A DNA stretch of 64,000 bases from Octopus sinensis (lineage: Eukaryota): NCBI RefSeq assembly GCF_006345805.1, contig NC_043022.1:22382001-22446000 (forward strand), given 5' to 3'. Of this stretch, positions 36,230 to 49,400 are shown one piece after another. The stretch's first letter is position 1. Every line of letters begins with the position of its first letter. A program made the translations under genes and the position numbers. The notes under the pieces were generated by a model. That model searched no databases, was not told the origin of the DNA, and saw only the letters and a list, made by a program, of their open reading frames with translations.

Positions 36230-39200
36230 TATATACACTGAGCTTCTTTTAGTTTCCATTTATCAAATCCACTCACAATGCTTTGGTTGGCCCAAAGCTC
36301 TATTAGAAGACATTTGCCCAATGTGTCACACAGTGGGACTGAACCCAGAACCACATGTTTTGGAAACTAGCTTCTTACCCCACAACCACACCTGCACCTT
36401 CTTTTGATGATGTTTCATTAGAAATATGATTTTTGTAGGTGGACTCCAGCTACATACATAATTAGACAGAACAATTGAACGATAAGATAAGAAGGCTTAT
36501 GTTTGACCCTTTTGTTACCAACCCGGCTGAAACCGGCTCTGGCTCCGAGTACAAATATCTTGTTTTCATAAGTTCTGAATTAAAATCTTCCACCAAACCT
36601 TAGTCACAATTTATGTCCTAACACTAGCTTAATGATAACTAAGTTATTTTACTAAATTCTTTGTTATATTTAAAATTAATTGAAAGAAACATAGAGCATC
36701 TCAACAGAAATATGGTAACAAATGTCTTGTTTTCATAAGTTTTGAATTAAAATCTTCCACCAAACCTTAGTCACAATTTATGTTCCCAACACTAGCTGAA
36801 TGTTAACTAAGTTATTTTACTAAATTCTTTGTTAAATTTAAAATCAATTGAAACAAACACAGAGCATCTCAAAATAAATACAGTAACAAAAGGGTTAACT
36901 CTGCCATCTGGTCTTTGGGTAAAAAGCCATTGCTTTTCTTCTTGATTTAAGTGATTTAAAAAAATGAGTACTATTATATATTTTTGATCTTCCTTGAGAT
37001 TCTTGACATTTCTCTCTTGTGTCCACTTTCTTCATCAATGCTTATAAGACTCGGTGCCTAGATGTTAAGTATCGTGGAAGATACTCAAGACCCAAGTATC
37101 AATATTATCATTATCATCATCATTATCATCATCATAATTTTTTTACTTGTTTCAGTCATTTGACTGCAGCCATGCTGGAGCACCACCATTTAGTCGAGCA
37201 AATCGACCCCAGCACTTATTCTTTTGTAAGCCTAGTACTTATTCTATCGGTCTTTTTTGCCGAACCGCTAAGTTACGGGGACGTAAACGCACCAGCATGT
37301 AAATAACAACTGGAACTGCCAAGGAATTAATGGCTAACACCTTGTTATGTGCATTTTAAGACTTAGGAAAAAAAAAAAAATGGGGCATCTCAAGGCAACT
37401 GAGATGCCACTGATTGGAGGAGCATTTGCAATGATCAAAAAGGGAACTGAAAATTATTTGAGGATGATCCCTAGCTTACCATCACCCATACTGAGAAGAA
37501 GATTGTCACTGAGAATTTTCTTTCCTTTTCCCCCCTTATTTTCAGATTTTAGGACTGCTCAAACTTTCCTGTAACATTCCTTCCTTATCTTCTCTTTCAT
37601 TCTTGCATGCTGAATATCAGAGCCCTCATTTATTCCGAGGTATTTGTAAGTTTGTTCCTGCTCAAATTGTTTTATAACTGTGTCATCATCTAACACCACT
37701 GAATGCGAGGTCTTCAATTTCCCTTTCTGGAAAGTAGCCTTGACACATTTGTCATGACCAAATACCACCACTGAATGCTTTCACAGTACACAATAGACCT
37801 TCAAGCTTATTTTCTTCTCAATTTTATACTCATACCATGTTCTGTTAAGTTCACTTGTCAGGGGTATCAGGGCTATGCAAAAAATTAGAGGTGAAAGTGA
37901 GTTACCTTAGAAAATACCACAGTTGATAATTAATATTGTTTGTATTCAGTATCCCGTTAGGGTGGTATGATTGGAGATTCATTTTCTTCACTGACATGTG
38001 TTTCAAGAAGTTTAAAATTACAGAAGAAATTTTGAAGATATCCAGTGATTTTTACATTTTAAGAAATGTGCTTTGATCCAAAATTCTCATTGCATTTTAT
38101 CCACTCTAGAAATTATAATGATTTTACCACAGGAAAACTTTGGCAATACTGAATAAGTTCCAATTTCTGACATAGAAATATATAAAAAAATTAACATGGC
38201 CTCACCCCATCTTTTCCTGTTTGCAGTAAGAATCAGTCTTGTAGCCAAATGATATTAGAGAATATTAGAAGATTTGAAAAACAGTGCCACTGTCTAATTT
38301 AAAAACAGGAAGTCTTAGTTATTGAAGGTTATGATAATATAGCATAATGGTAAATATTAAAGCAACAGCTTCCACAAATTTTAGTTTCTTCCAGATTTCC
38401 TTCTATAAGCAAGGATAGCTTTAAGATATTTTAATGGCAGTATCTAAATGGAATTTTAATGGGTGGTGAAAAACTGAGCTGAGCAGCAGAAGATCTTCAG
38501 AGAGGAAGCCCCTCTCAGGCAGGTGTTCCAGCCCTTAATTTCTTACACACTAAGTAGGCTAGGCCACGTCCAGGTCATGGTTCCTGGGTACCCTTCTGCT
38601 ATAAGCAAGGATAGCTTTAAGATATTTTAATGGCAGTATCTAAATGGAATTTTAATGGGTGGTGAAAAACTGAGCTGAGCAGCAGAAGATCTTCAGAGAA
38701 GAAACCCCACTCAGGCAGGTGTTCCAGCCCTTAATTTCTTACAAACTAAGGGGGCTAGGCCATGTCCAGGTCATGTCCAGGTCATGGTTCTTGGGTACCT
38801 TTCTGCCGACACTTTTTAGTCACTTGTGGGAAGTAACATTTAATGATTATTATTTTTATTAATGTTACAAAATATGTTTTAATGGGATTTTAAAGGAATT
38901 GTTGTTAGCATTTCAAAGAGCTTTAGTTGGGGATTCAATATTTTAATGGGGTCTTAAGTGTAGTTTTAACAGAATTTTTGAGTATTTTTTTAAAGATTTA
39001 TATTAATAGAATATCAATGGATTTAGAATAGGATTTGGATGGAGTTAAAATGTTCATAAATGGTAGTTTATTGGAATTTTAATTGGATTTTTAATGAATT
39101 TTAAATGGGATTTTAATAAGGTTCTAATAGAATTTCCAGATGACTTTTATTGCTGCTAATTTTATACTTTTTCTCTCTCTTTTTCAGGGATGCTTCCAGA

Positions 39201-42200
39201 AACTTGTTTTTTCAATATTTGCTTGCATCATCGGATCATCATTCCAGTATGGCTATCATATAGGAGTACTGAACTTGCCAGAAAAAGTGAGTGTACATTT
39301 TTACCACTGTTTGTTCGTTTGTTTCTTCCTTTCTCTGATTCTTTCATGTGTACTATCTGTCTGTCCATCTGTCTATCTGTCTGTCGACCGAGGTTACCGT
39401 GGTCTTTTCCGTAGGCTTTTCTTCCCACGGATAAACCTTATCTGCTTCCCCCTTTACACCTTACATCATGATACTGTGATACACGATCCCTATTGATCGC
39501 TTTTTTCTTCTTTTTTCTTTTCTTTTGTTTCTTTTCCTTTTTTCTTTTTTTTTTTCTTCTTTCCCTTTTACGATCTCTTTTGATCAAAAACCTACTCCAC
39601 CTTTTTTTTTTTCATCCCCCAAAAAGAAAAGCTCTACTTTGTAATCTGTCCCGTCTGTGTGCAGCCCTGTGTGGCTAATAAAGAAACATATCTGTCTGTC
39701 TTTCTGTCTGTCTGTCTGTCTGACTCACTTTCTGTCTATCTATCTTTCTGTCTATCTTTCTATTTATCTATTCATTCATCCATCCATCATAATCTTCATC
39801 AGCATCATCATCATTTACAGGCACTTTCCATGCTGGTCAGGCTGGACAGGTTGTCAAAGTTCAAATCACTTCTAACTCAGGGTTAAAATCTTCCTTGATG
39901 AGTCAGAGGATCATGTCTGATACATACAATTTTTCCATGGTTTCTGCTGCTTGATCCCCTTCATAGCTCCAACTACTTTTCAGAGTCTACTGGGTGCATT
40001 CTATTGTAGTTCCAGCACTAGAGAGGTTATGTCTTTGATAATGCTTTGCAAGCTGGCAGAAACGTTAGCACGCCGGGCAAAATGCATAGCCATATTTCGT
40101 CTGCCGTTACGTTCTGAGTTCAAATTCCGCCGAGGTCGACTTTGCCTTTCATCCTTTCGGGGTCGATAAATTAAGTACCAGTTACGCACTGGGGTAGATA
40201 TAATTGGGTTAATCCATTTGTCTGTCCTTGTTTGTCCCCTCTGTGTGTAGCCCCTTGTGGGTAGTAAAGAATCAGATAATGGTACATTGTCTCTGTCCAT
40301 ATAACAATAAGTACAGTGATGGATTTTGTGTACCGATAGGAATTCATCAAGGCGTGCTAACGTTTCTGCCAGCTCGCCGCCAGGATTGAGATTCTGTTAA
40401 GCTTTTTCCCACAACTTGTCTTCTAACACCCATTCCTCCATCAATTATCAGCATCACCCTATTTCCTTCCTTCATTTGCTCTCTGTTGAACTGATATTTT
40501 CTGCATCCAACTCAACTCCCTATCTCTAATCATCTGTCAAACTATTTACCCTCAGCATACTTAACTACACGTCCACCTTTTCTGCTCCTGTGCCCTATTC
40601 TTTCATTTTCACTTTGTACCTTGACCTCTTACTTGTACTTGTGGCGACATTCACCCTGGGCGGGTTGAGTCAGCTTCTTCTACCACCCTCGAGGCATCTT
40701 GAACCATGGCAGCCCACGCACAACAGTCCTGCATCAGTTCACTGGAGATAGCGAGCCAGTCATGGTTCCATCAGCGCAGGCCAACCACCTGTGGTCCCGT
40801 GAGCATGGAGAGGTCCTCCTTGATCATCATAACCCAGGTCTTCAGCTCCCCGCCCGCGCATTTCCGCCATTTGGGAAGTGGAGTTGGGAGAAGGACATCA
40901 CGGCTTAGTTCACCCACCGGACGCCTACAATTCCATCCCCTCCTCACCGTGGTGGGGACGCTGGCAACGGGTAGTATCAGAGCTATGCCTTCGGGAACTT
41001 CGGTTCCTGGTAGGGCCACCCAAGGCGGATTGGTCTGACTCCGAGTGGTATTAGGGCCACAACCCGGCAGACGGGGCTCTGGTGAAAATCCTCGGAGTGT
41101 CTGCTTCAGCAACAGGCGCTCCTCGGTCGTTCTGTCCCTGCGTCTGCGGAAATCTGCGGCAAACAGGATGTCTCTACATGAAGGATTGTTGGGGACCGCT
41201 TGTGAATCCACATATTCCCACGAAACTTCTTCCATGAATTCTCAATGGCGAATACCTTGACCTCACATCTCTTTATATCCTCTCCCTCTCTCTTCCCAGG
41301 TGCGCAAGCTATATATTCACCTTTTCACTAGGACACCAGCTTCTGTCCCTCTAACCCAGTTTCTTATCCCTCAATTCTATATCCCACTCATTTGAGGGGA
41401 TCATATCTTGCAAGTACTTGGTGATCTAACTAGTGCTGATGCCATGCAAAAAGCACACAGTACACTCAGTGAAGTGGTTGGTGTTAAGAAGGGCATCCAA
41501 GTTTAGAAACCATGCCAAGTAGATGTTAGGCCTTGGTGCAGCACTTAGGCTCATCTCTTCATGTTGAACTGTTCCAACCCATGCCAGTTTGGAAAAGGGT
41601 GGTTAAATGATAATGATGTGGAGGCACATGGCCTAGAGGTTAGAGCAGTGGACTCGCGGTCGAGGGATTGCGGGTTCGAATCTCAGACTGGGCGATGTGT
41701 GTGTTTATGAGCAAAAACACCTAAGCTTCACACAGTTCTGGCAGAAGGTAATGGCGAAACTTCTGCTGACTCTTTCGCCACAACTTTCTCTCGCTCTTTC
41801 CTCCTGCATCTTGCAGCTTACCTGCGACGGACTGATGTCACAACCAGGTGAGGAACTTATACGCCAAGGAAACCGGGAAACCAGCCCTTATGAGCCAGGC
41901 ATGGCTCGGGAAGGAACAAACAAATGATAATGATTGTGTGTGTGTGTGTGGCGGGGTGCAAGTGTCTTCTACTGCAGCCCCAAGCTGACCAAAGCCTAGT
42001 GAGTGGATTCGGTAGACAAAAACTGAAAGAAGCCTGTCGTATATGTATGTACGTATTGATAAAATAATGAACACAAATGAAAGAAGACAATGTAGAAGGG
42101 GCAAGTTTTAAAAAAAGGTAATCTCATTTCATTTTGTGATCATTGCTTTCATAATATATTTTTAATGTCTATGGAGACCTCTTATTTTATATCATTGTTC

Positions 42201-44225
42201 ATCAATCCTCATTTGTATGTGTGTGTATATATATATGGTGGTGCCCCAGCATGGCCACAGCTCATAAGCTGAAACTAGAATCAATCAATCAATCAATCAA
42301 TCATATAGTGAAGGCACATTGCTCAGTGGTTAGAGCGTCGAGCTTACGATCGTGAGGTTGTGAGCTCGAATCCCGGACTGGGCTACGTGTTGTGTTCTTG
42401 AGCAAGACACTTTATTTCACATTGCTCCAGTTCACTCAGCTGTAGAAATGAGTTGCGACATCACAGGTGCCAAGCTGTATCGGCCCCTTTGCCTTTCCCT
42501 TGGATAACATCGGTGACGTGGAGAGAGGAGACTGGTATGCATGGGTGATTGCTGGTCTTCCATAAACAACCTTGCCCAGACTTGTGCCTCAGAGGGTAAC
42601 TTTCTAGGTGCAAGCCCATGGTCAGTGTCTGACCGAAGGGGGTCTCAATATATATATATAGTTGCAGGCATAGCTGTGTGGCAAGAAGCTTGGTTCCCAA
42701 CCACATGCTTCTGGATTCAGTCTCAATGTGTGGCACCTTGGGCAAGGGCCTTCTGTTATAGCCTTAGGACAACCAAAAACTTGTGAGTAGATTTCATAGA
42801 CAGAAACTGAAAGAAGCCCATTATATATACAAGGGGTGTTCATTAAAGATTTTCCCTGATCCACTTCCCAAGGACTGGGATAAATGTAACTTGGCATAAT
42901 TATTAGTCCTTCTCTACATAGCCACCACCAATGATGACACACTTCTCCCATCACTTTAAGCAGCTGTTAAGACCTTGTCTGTAGAAATCAGTAGGTTTTG
43001 TCTGGAGCCAAAACTTTACCTTGGCATCATCATCTGAAAGTGCTTCCACTTTCAAAAAAGACTTCATGGTTAGAAGGAGGTGGAAGTCAGATGGTGCAAG
43101 GTGAGGAGAATAAGGGGGATGAGGAAAGATTTCATAGCTGCAAGAGTGTGCTTTCTTTCTGTCTATCCATCCATCCATCTAACTCTGTGTCCATCTGTCC
43201 ACCTACTAAATCCACCTGTCCACTCATATGACCCTTCTTACCTATTTATGTCTTCATCAGTCCATCCTTCTCTTTGTCCATTTTTCCATCCTATATATTT
43301 AAATTTCTTGTTTCCATCCCAGGTATTGTTAGAATTCTACAATGATACACTATACAGCCGTGAAAAACAGTACCTGTCTGGCAATATGAAACCATTCCTT
43401 TGGGGTTTAACTGTGTCAATATACTGCATTGGTGGAATGATTGGTGGTTATATTTCCTCTTATTTTATCAGGAACTTTGGAAGGTATGTGATGTTTTAAT
43501 TCTTGACATCATAACATTGTTGTTATGTATGTATGTGTGTGTGTGTGTGTGTGTTTGTGCGTGCATGCATGTCAACTGGTCAACTATTGAAGTCTGTAAG
43601 CTTGATAGAAAAACTCGAAAGTGTTTTGACAATGATTAAAATACACCACTTAAAGGCAGAAAATACACCACTTATAGCCAAGAAAAGAGGGTGGCCGTGG
43701 ACTCTTACAACTTGAATTAACCCTAAAGATTGCCACAGTTGGCCTAAACACCTATCTAAAAAATTATGATGATTGGACCTTTTGAGCGGGATGAGTTACT
43801 TGACCAGAAGAAAATTCTAACTGGGCCCCACCTGCAAGGTCCTGTGCTGTTTATCTTGATATGAGATCACCATGTTGCGCACATATGGTTGTGATGCATG
43901 TACCTGGTGTACCTTTATCAGACGGGTAGTCATGATGGGTATACTGGGCTTCATATATTTTACCCCAGTGTCACTTTGATAGCATGCACTGCTCTCTCAC
44001 TCAATAATAATAATCAGACAAATACATAACAAAAACACCAGGACTTACAAACACATATAACATACAGAAAATTGCACTACTAGGCACTGCACACATCCTA
44101 CGCAGAACACTTTCAATACAGTAACCATCAGAGCATAACAACAAAACACAGCACATACCCAAGGCACACAGAGCTGCGCTCGGGAGTGAAGTGAAAGCAC
44201 GTTATAAAAATAAAACTACTGAATG

Positions 44226-44256
<31 letters not shown>

Positions 44257-46389
44257 CAATAATAATAACACTGACAATAATAATTATAATATATTTTTTT
44301 AATTTATGACTAAAGGTTCACACGAAAACAAAGACATTGGGAACGGTACAAGACAATACAATGTCGGATTACATAAAATGGAACATGTAAACAATGTAAA
44401 TTGTTTACATGTTCCATTTTATGTAGCGTAAGAACAGCTGCCAAATATTAGTGGTTGACCCAGGCAAAGGCCTTAGACTGATCCAAATTGACCAAAGCCT
44501 TACCCATGCCAGCTTCTTTACCCACCCTGTCTATGATGTATTGCATGAGGTGTAGATTGTTGTGGATGGACTTGCTTGGGATGGTGCATGGTAGCACATC
44601 ACAAATCAGTTCCTCAACAACAAGTGCCAACTTCTTTGCTAACACCTTGGCCAAAGTTTTGAAATCTGTGTTTTCAGCAGAGTTTAGGCCTGAAATTTTC
44701 TATTTGATCCCCTTTGTTTGGGTAATTCTTCAGCAGTGCCACCACTCCTCAACTCACAGAACTAGGAATACTCCCATTCAGCTGCCATTTGTGGTAGATA
44801 AATTTTATATGCCAAACAAGTCTGGCATATAAAATTAAAGCTCCAATGGCAGGTCATTCAAACCAGGCAATTTATCTCCTGTGCAGCCTATCAGCCTCTC
44901 TATTATCTCCATCATCATTATTTGACATATGCTTTCCATTCTGGCATGAATTAGACAGTTTGACAAGGATCTGATGAGGTGAAAGGACTGCATATATATG
45001 CTCCAAAAGCATAGATTATTTGGTAGATAGATAGTAAGCAGCTTGCTTTATTATAATACACATGTGACTAAATCAGAGGACATCCTTGGCGTTAGGAAGG
45101 GCATCTTGGCATTAGGAAGGGCATCCTGGCATTAGGAAGGGCATCCAGTTGTAGAAACTCTGCCAAATCAAGATTGGAGACTGGTGCAACCATCTGGTTC
45201 ACCAGCCCTCAGTCAAAATCATCCAACCCATGCCAGCATGGAAAGCGGATGTTAAACGATGATGATGATGATAATAATAATGATTCATACATCATCACTC
45301 TCGTAATCCAACACTTTGTAATTTTGGTTCAAATTGAAAGTGTGAAGCTATTTTCACTTTCTAATGAAACCTGGTCATTGTAGAGAAGTGTATTTCAAAT
45401 AATTATAGCTGGTTGTTGAGCTAACATAGAAAATATGTAAATGAAAATAAAGTTTATTTAAAATGTGAAATTGATTTGATTGTTCTGGTTAAACATCAGT
45501 TGGTAAGAATAGAAGTCATTTGACAAGACCTTTTTGTTTGTAATTGGCTCTCCTGTTGCTGGTTCAATCCATGGAATATTGAAATGATATCTCTCTTGTC
45601 CATTCCACAGAATAAGTTAAGTTAAGTTAATTTTTTGGCTCAAAAAGCAAAAAGCAAGGCCATGTAGGGGGACATGGAGTTATGTACAGGGAGGGTGTTC
45701 ATGCAAAGAGTTCAGGCCATTTCTGGTCAAGAGAGACTTTGAACCGAGCGGTCGTCGGCATCTTCACTATCTCGTCCGGCAGCTTATTCCACGGATCCGC
45801 AACCCGGACGGAGAAAGCCCCTCTCTTTCAATTGAGATGAAATCGTCGCAGATAGAGCTTTTCGGAGTGACCCCGCAGCCCACGCTCTGGAGCAGGAGTG
45901 AAGAACAGCTCTTTCGAGAGGTTTCACTTTCCGCTTATGATGTTGTGAGCGAAAATGAGATCACCACGGCGGCGGCGTTTTTCTAGAGAATAAAGAGTAT
46001 ACTGGACAGCATCATAAGAGGGATGAGTCTGTGAAACACATTTAAGGTTGTTATCTTGAACAAGAATGAGAATGTCATGATTTTCACGGGGAGCACCAAC
46101 CATAAGGATGGATACTTCATTAGATGTTTACTATAGATGTAACAAATGCAGAAACACACACACATACTCACAGACACATACACACTCATAGAATTAATAA
46201 TATTGAAAACAGCAAAATGTACACAGGAGTGGCTGTGTGGTAAGTAGCTTGCTAACCAACCACATGGTTCCGGGTTCAGTCCGACTGTGTGGCATCTTGG
46301 GCAAGTGTCTTCTGCTATAGCCCCGGGCCGACCAATGCCTTGTGAGTGGATTTGGTAGACGGAAACTGAAAGAAGCCTGTCGTATATAC

Positions 46390-46453
<64 letters not shown>

Positions 46454-49400
46454 TTGTGTGTCTGTGTTTGTCCCCCTAGCATTGCTTGACAACCGATGCT
46501 GGTGTGTTTACGTCCCCGTCACTTAGCAGTTCGGCAAAAGAGACCGATAGAATAAGTACTGGGCTTACAAAGAATAAGTCCCGGGGTCGATTTGCTCGAC
46601 TAAAGGCGGTGCTCCTGCATGGTCGCAGTCAAATGACTGAAACAAGTAAAAGAGTAAAAGAGTACACACACGAAGTTCAAGTGAAATGAAGTGTAGTTAA
46701 CATAGGTGCAAAACATACTTTCTGTAGCATAGTTATGCTATAAAAAAATAATGGAAAGTCATCAATTTAGCAAAAGTTAGTATGGCAGTACGACTTAATA
46801 CGATGATGCTGGTCAGCAGACTAATGCCTGAGGGATGCATCAAGTGACTTCTAGTAGCCTGAACTACAATGGGCTTGTCCCACAGAAAACATACCTGGTT
46901 ACTTTTGGGTATCCCCTTGTACTTGAATAATCAGCTTCGAGATTTCAATGATGTGATTGTCTTACTTTTAAAATGGCATTGCAGGATACGTGTGAAAGGC
47001 CAGATCCAGCTGGTTTGAACGTAAAATGGGTAGAAAATTTGGGCCAGATATGGCCAATTTGAATGCTAAAGGGTTAAGGGAGATTTTCTGCTATTTCTTC
47101 CAGATTTAGGGATCAGTATAGAGACTGTATTATTAAATGTATTCTTTCTTTAGCTAACACAGTAAGATGTGCGATTTGAGAGAAATTTAGCTGCTATTTC
47201 TAACATACCGAATGAATTTATAGAGGCTCCTTCATTGGTTTGTAAAGGCAGGTTGTAGGTAGCTATTGTTGTTGTTGCTACTGTTGTTGTTGTTGTTGTT
47301 GCTGTATTAGCTATCTATGGTCTGTTTGTCTTCTATTTTCCAGAAAGACCACCCTCCTATGGAATAATTTACCAACCATTGTTGCTCTGACGCTCATGTG
47401 TTTCTCAAAATTGGCTCACTCCTTTGAAATGATTATTATTGGCAGATTTATAGTTGGAATCAGTGCGGGTAAGTCATTGTTTATATATTTCACACTTCAC
47501 GCTACACTGCTTTTAATCTCCTCCATACACACCAAAGTAATTTGATTATTAAGGGAAGTGAGTCATGGGCCCTGAATGCAGAGGACATGCAAAGTTAGAA
47601 AGGAATGAGGCTAGTATGCTCTACTGGAGCATGTGTAATGTAGGTGTACATGTTCAACAAACTGTTTGGTAAGTAGCTTGTTTACCAACCACATGGTTCC
47701 GGGTTCAGTCCCACTGTGTGGCACCTTGGGCAAGTGTCTTCTACTATAGCCTCGGGCCGACCAAAGCCTTGTGAGTGGATTTGGTAGACAGAAACTGAAA
47801 AGAAGCCCGTCGTATATATGTATATATAGATATGCGTGTGTGTGTTTGTGTGTCTGTGTTTGTCCCTCTAGCATTGCTTGACAACCGATGCTGGTGTGTT
47901 TATGTCCCCGTTACTTAGCGGTTCGGCAAAAGAGACCGATAGAATAAGTACTGGGCTTACAAACGAATAAGTCCCGGGGTCAAGTTGCTCGATTGAAGGC
48001 GGTGCTCCAGCATGGCCACAGTCAAATGACTGAAACAAGTAAAAGAGTAAAAGTGCTAGTGTTTTGAGAGAGAAATTAGGAATGAGAGGAATTAATTGCT
48101 ATGTGCAAGAGAGAAGACTGTGCTGGTTTGGTCATGTGGTGCAGACGGATGCCAACAGCTCCATAAAGAAGTGTTAATCTCTCAAGGTAGACAGAACACA
48201 GAAGTGGGAGACCCAGGAAGACCTGGGATGAAGTACTGAAGAACAACCTCAGGATACTGAACCTTTCAGTCAAGATGACAAAGGACCAAGATGCACAACA
48301 CCTTACGGTACTCAGGAAGACCCATACTCCACAGCAGGAGTGTTAAAACCAGTCCTTCTGGTGGTGTAAAGCACTCATGGTGGTGCCACATAAAAGTGCC
48401 CATATGGGTCCACATAAAAGCACCTGTGCGGGGCGACATAATAGTGCCTGTGTGGTGCCATGTAAAAGTACCTGTGCAGTGCCTTGTAAAAGTACCTGTG
48501 CAGTGGTACGTAAAAGCATGGACAACGGACATTAAATGATGACGATGAATGTGATGATTTCAAATTTTGGCACAAGGCCAGCAATTTCGGGGAGGAAGTA
48601 AGTTGATTATATCAACCCCAATGCTCAACTGATACATATTTTATCGACCCTGAAAGGATGAAAGGCAAAGTCAGCTTCAGCAGAATTTGAACTCAGAACA
48701 TAACAACAAAAAAAATGCCACTAAACATTTATCCAGTCTGCTCACAATTTTGTCCGTTTGCTGCCTTATTTTGCCTAATGTAATGCTTATTTATTTGCAC
48801 TGATTTGAATTAAATATGAATTATCTTTTTGTGTTGAGATTTCAATGATGTGCTTGTTTATTTTTAGTATGACATTGTAAGGCGGGTGTAAGAGGCTGAA
48901 TATGCCAGTCTGTTCATAAACAGTAAAATATTTGGGCCAGAGGATCTTTTCGGTTTGAACGGCAGTTTTTTCTAGCGGTGTCATATGAAATTGTCACCCA
49001 TAATTATGACCCTAGTATCGATCTATTGCATTTCAATCTGTTTTAGGGTTATGGTTAGGGGTGGGGGTAAGGGTATCTTTTTTTCTTCAGAAATGTAAAT
49101 AAACCCAATCTGTTTCTTAAACGAGGGACATATTCATACAGCACAGAATGTTTTCACCTCAATAGACGTCATTGATTGGTTGAAATTGCAGAAATTGAAG
49201 AAAAAAAACAACAAATATCTTACAAACTATAGAATTTTCTCAATAAAGCCAAGAGAAAAAGATGTTTTATAAACACATTCTACCAGTATACGAAGTTTAA
49301 AAGTGTTTAGTTATGTGGAAACAATTTTAAAAAACTGCCATTCAAACTGAAAAGATCCGGGCCAGATATGGCAGGTTTAAATGGTAAAGTGTTAACCCAT

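Noticed and set aside
39140-39187. ATG at 39140 as an alternative start in frame with exon 2
   Set aside because: It lies in the polypyrimidine tract of the exon 2 acceptor ([16 protein letters not shown]); a spliced upstream exon is the simpler explanation, though I cannot formally exclude it.
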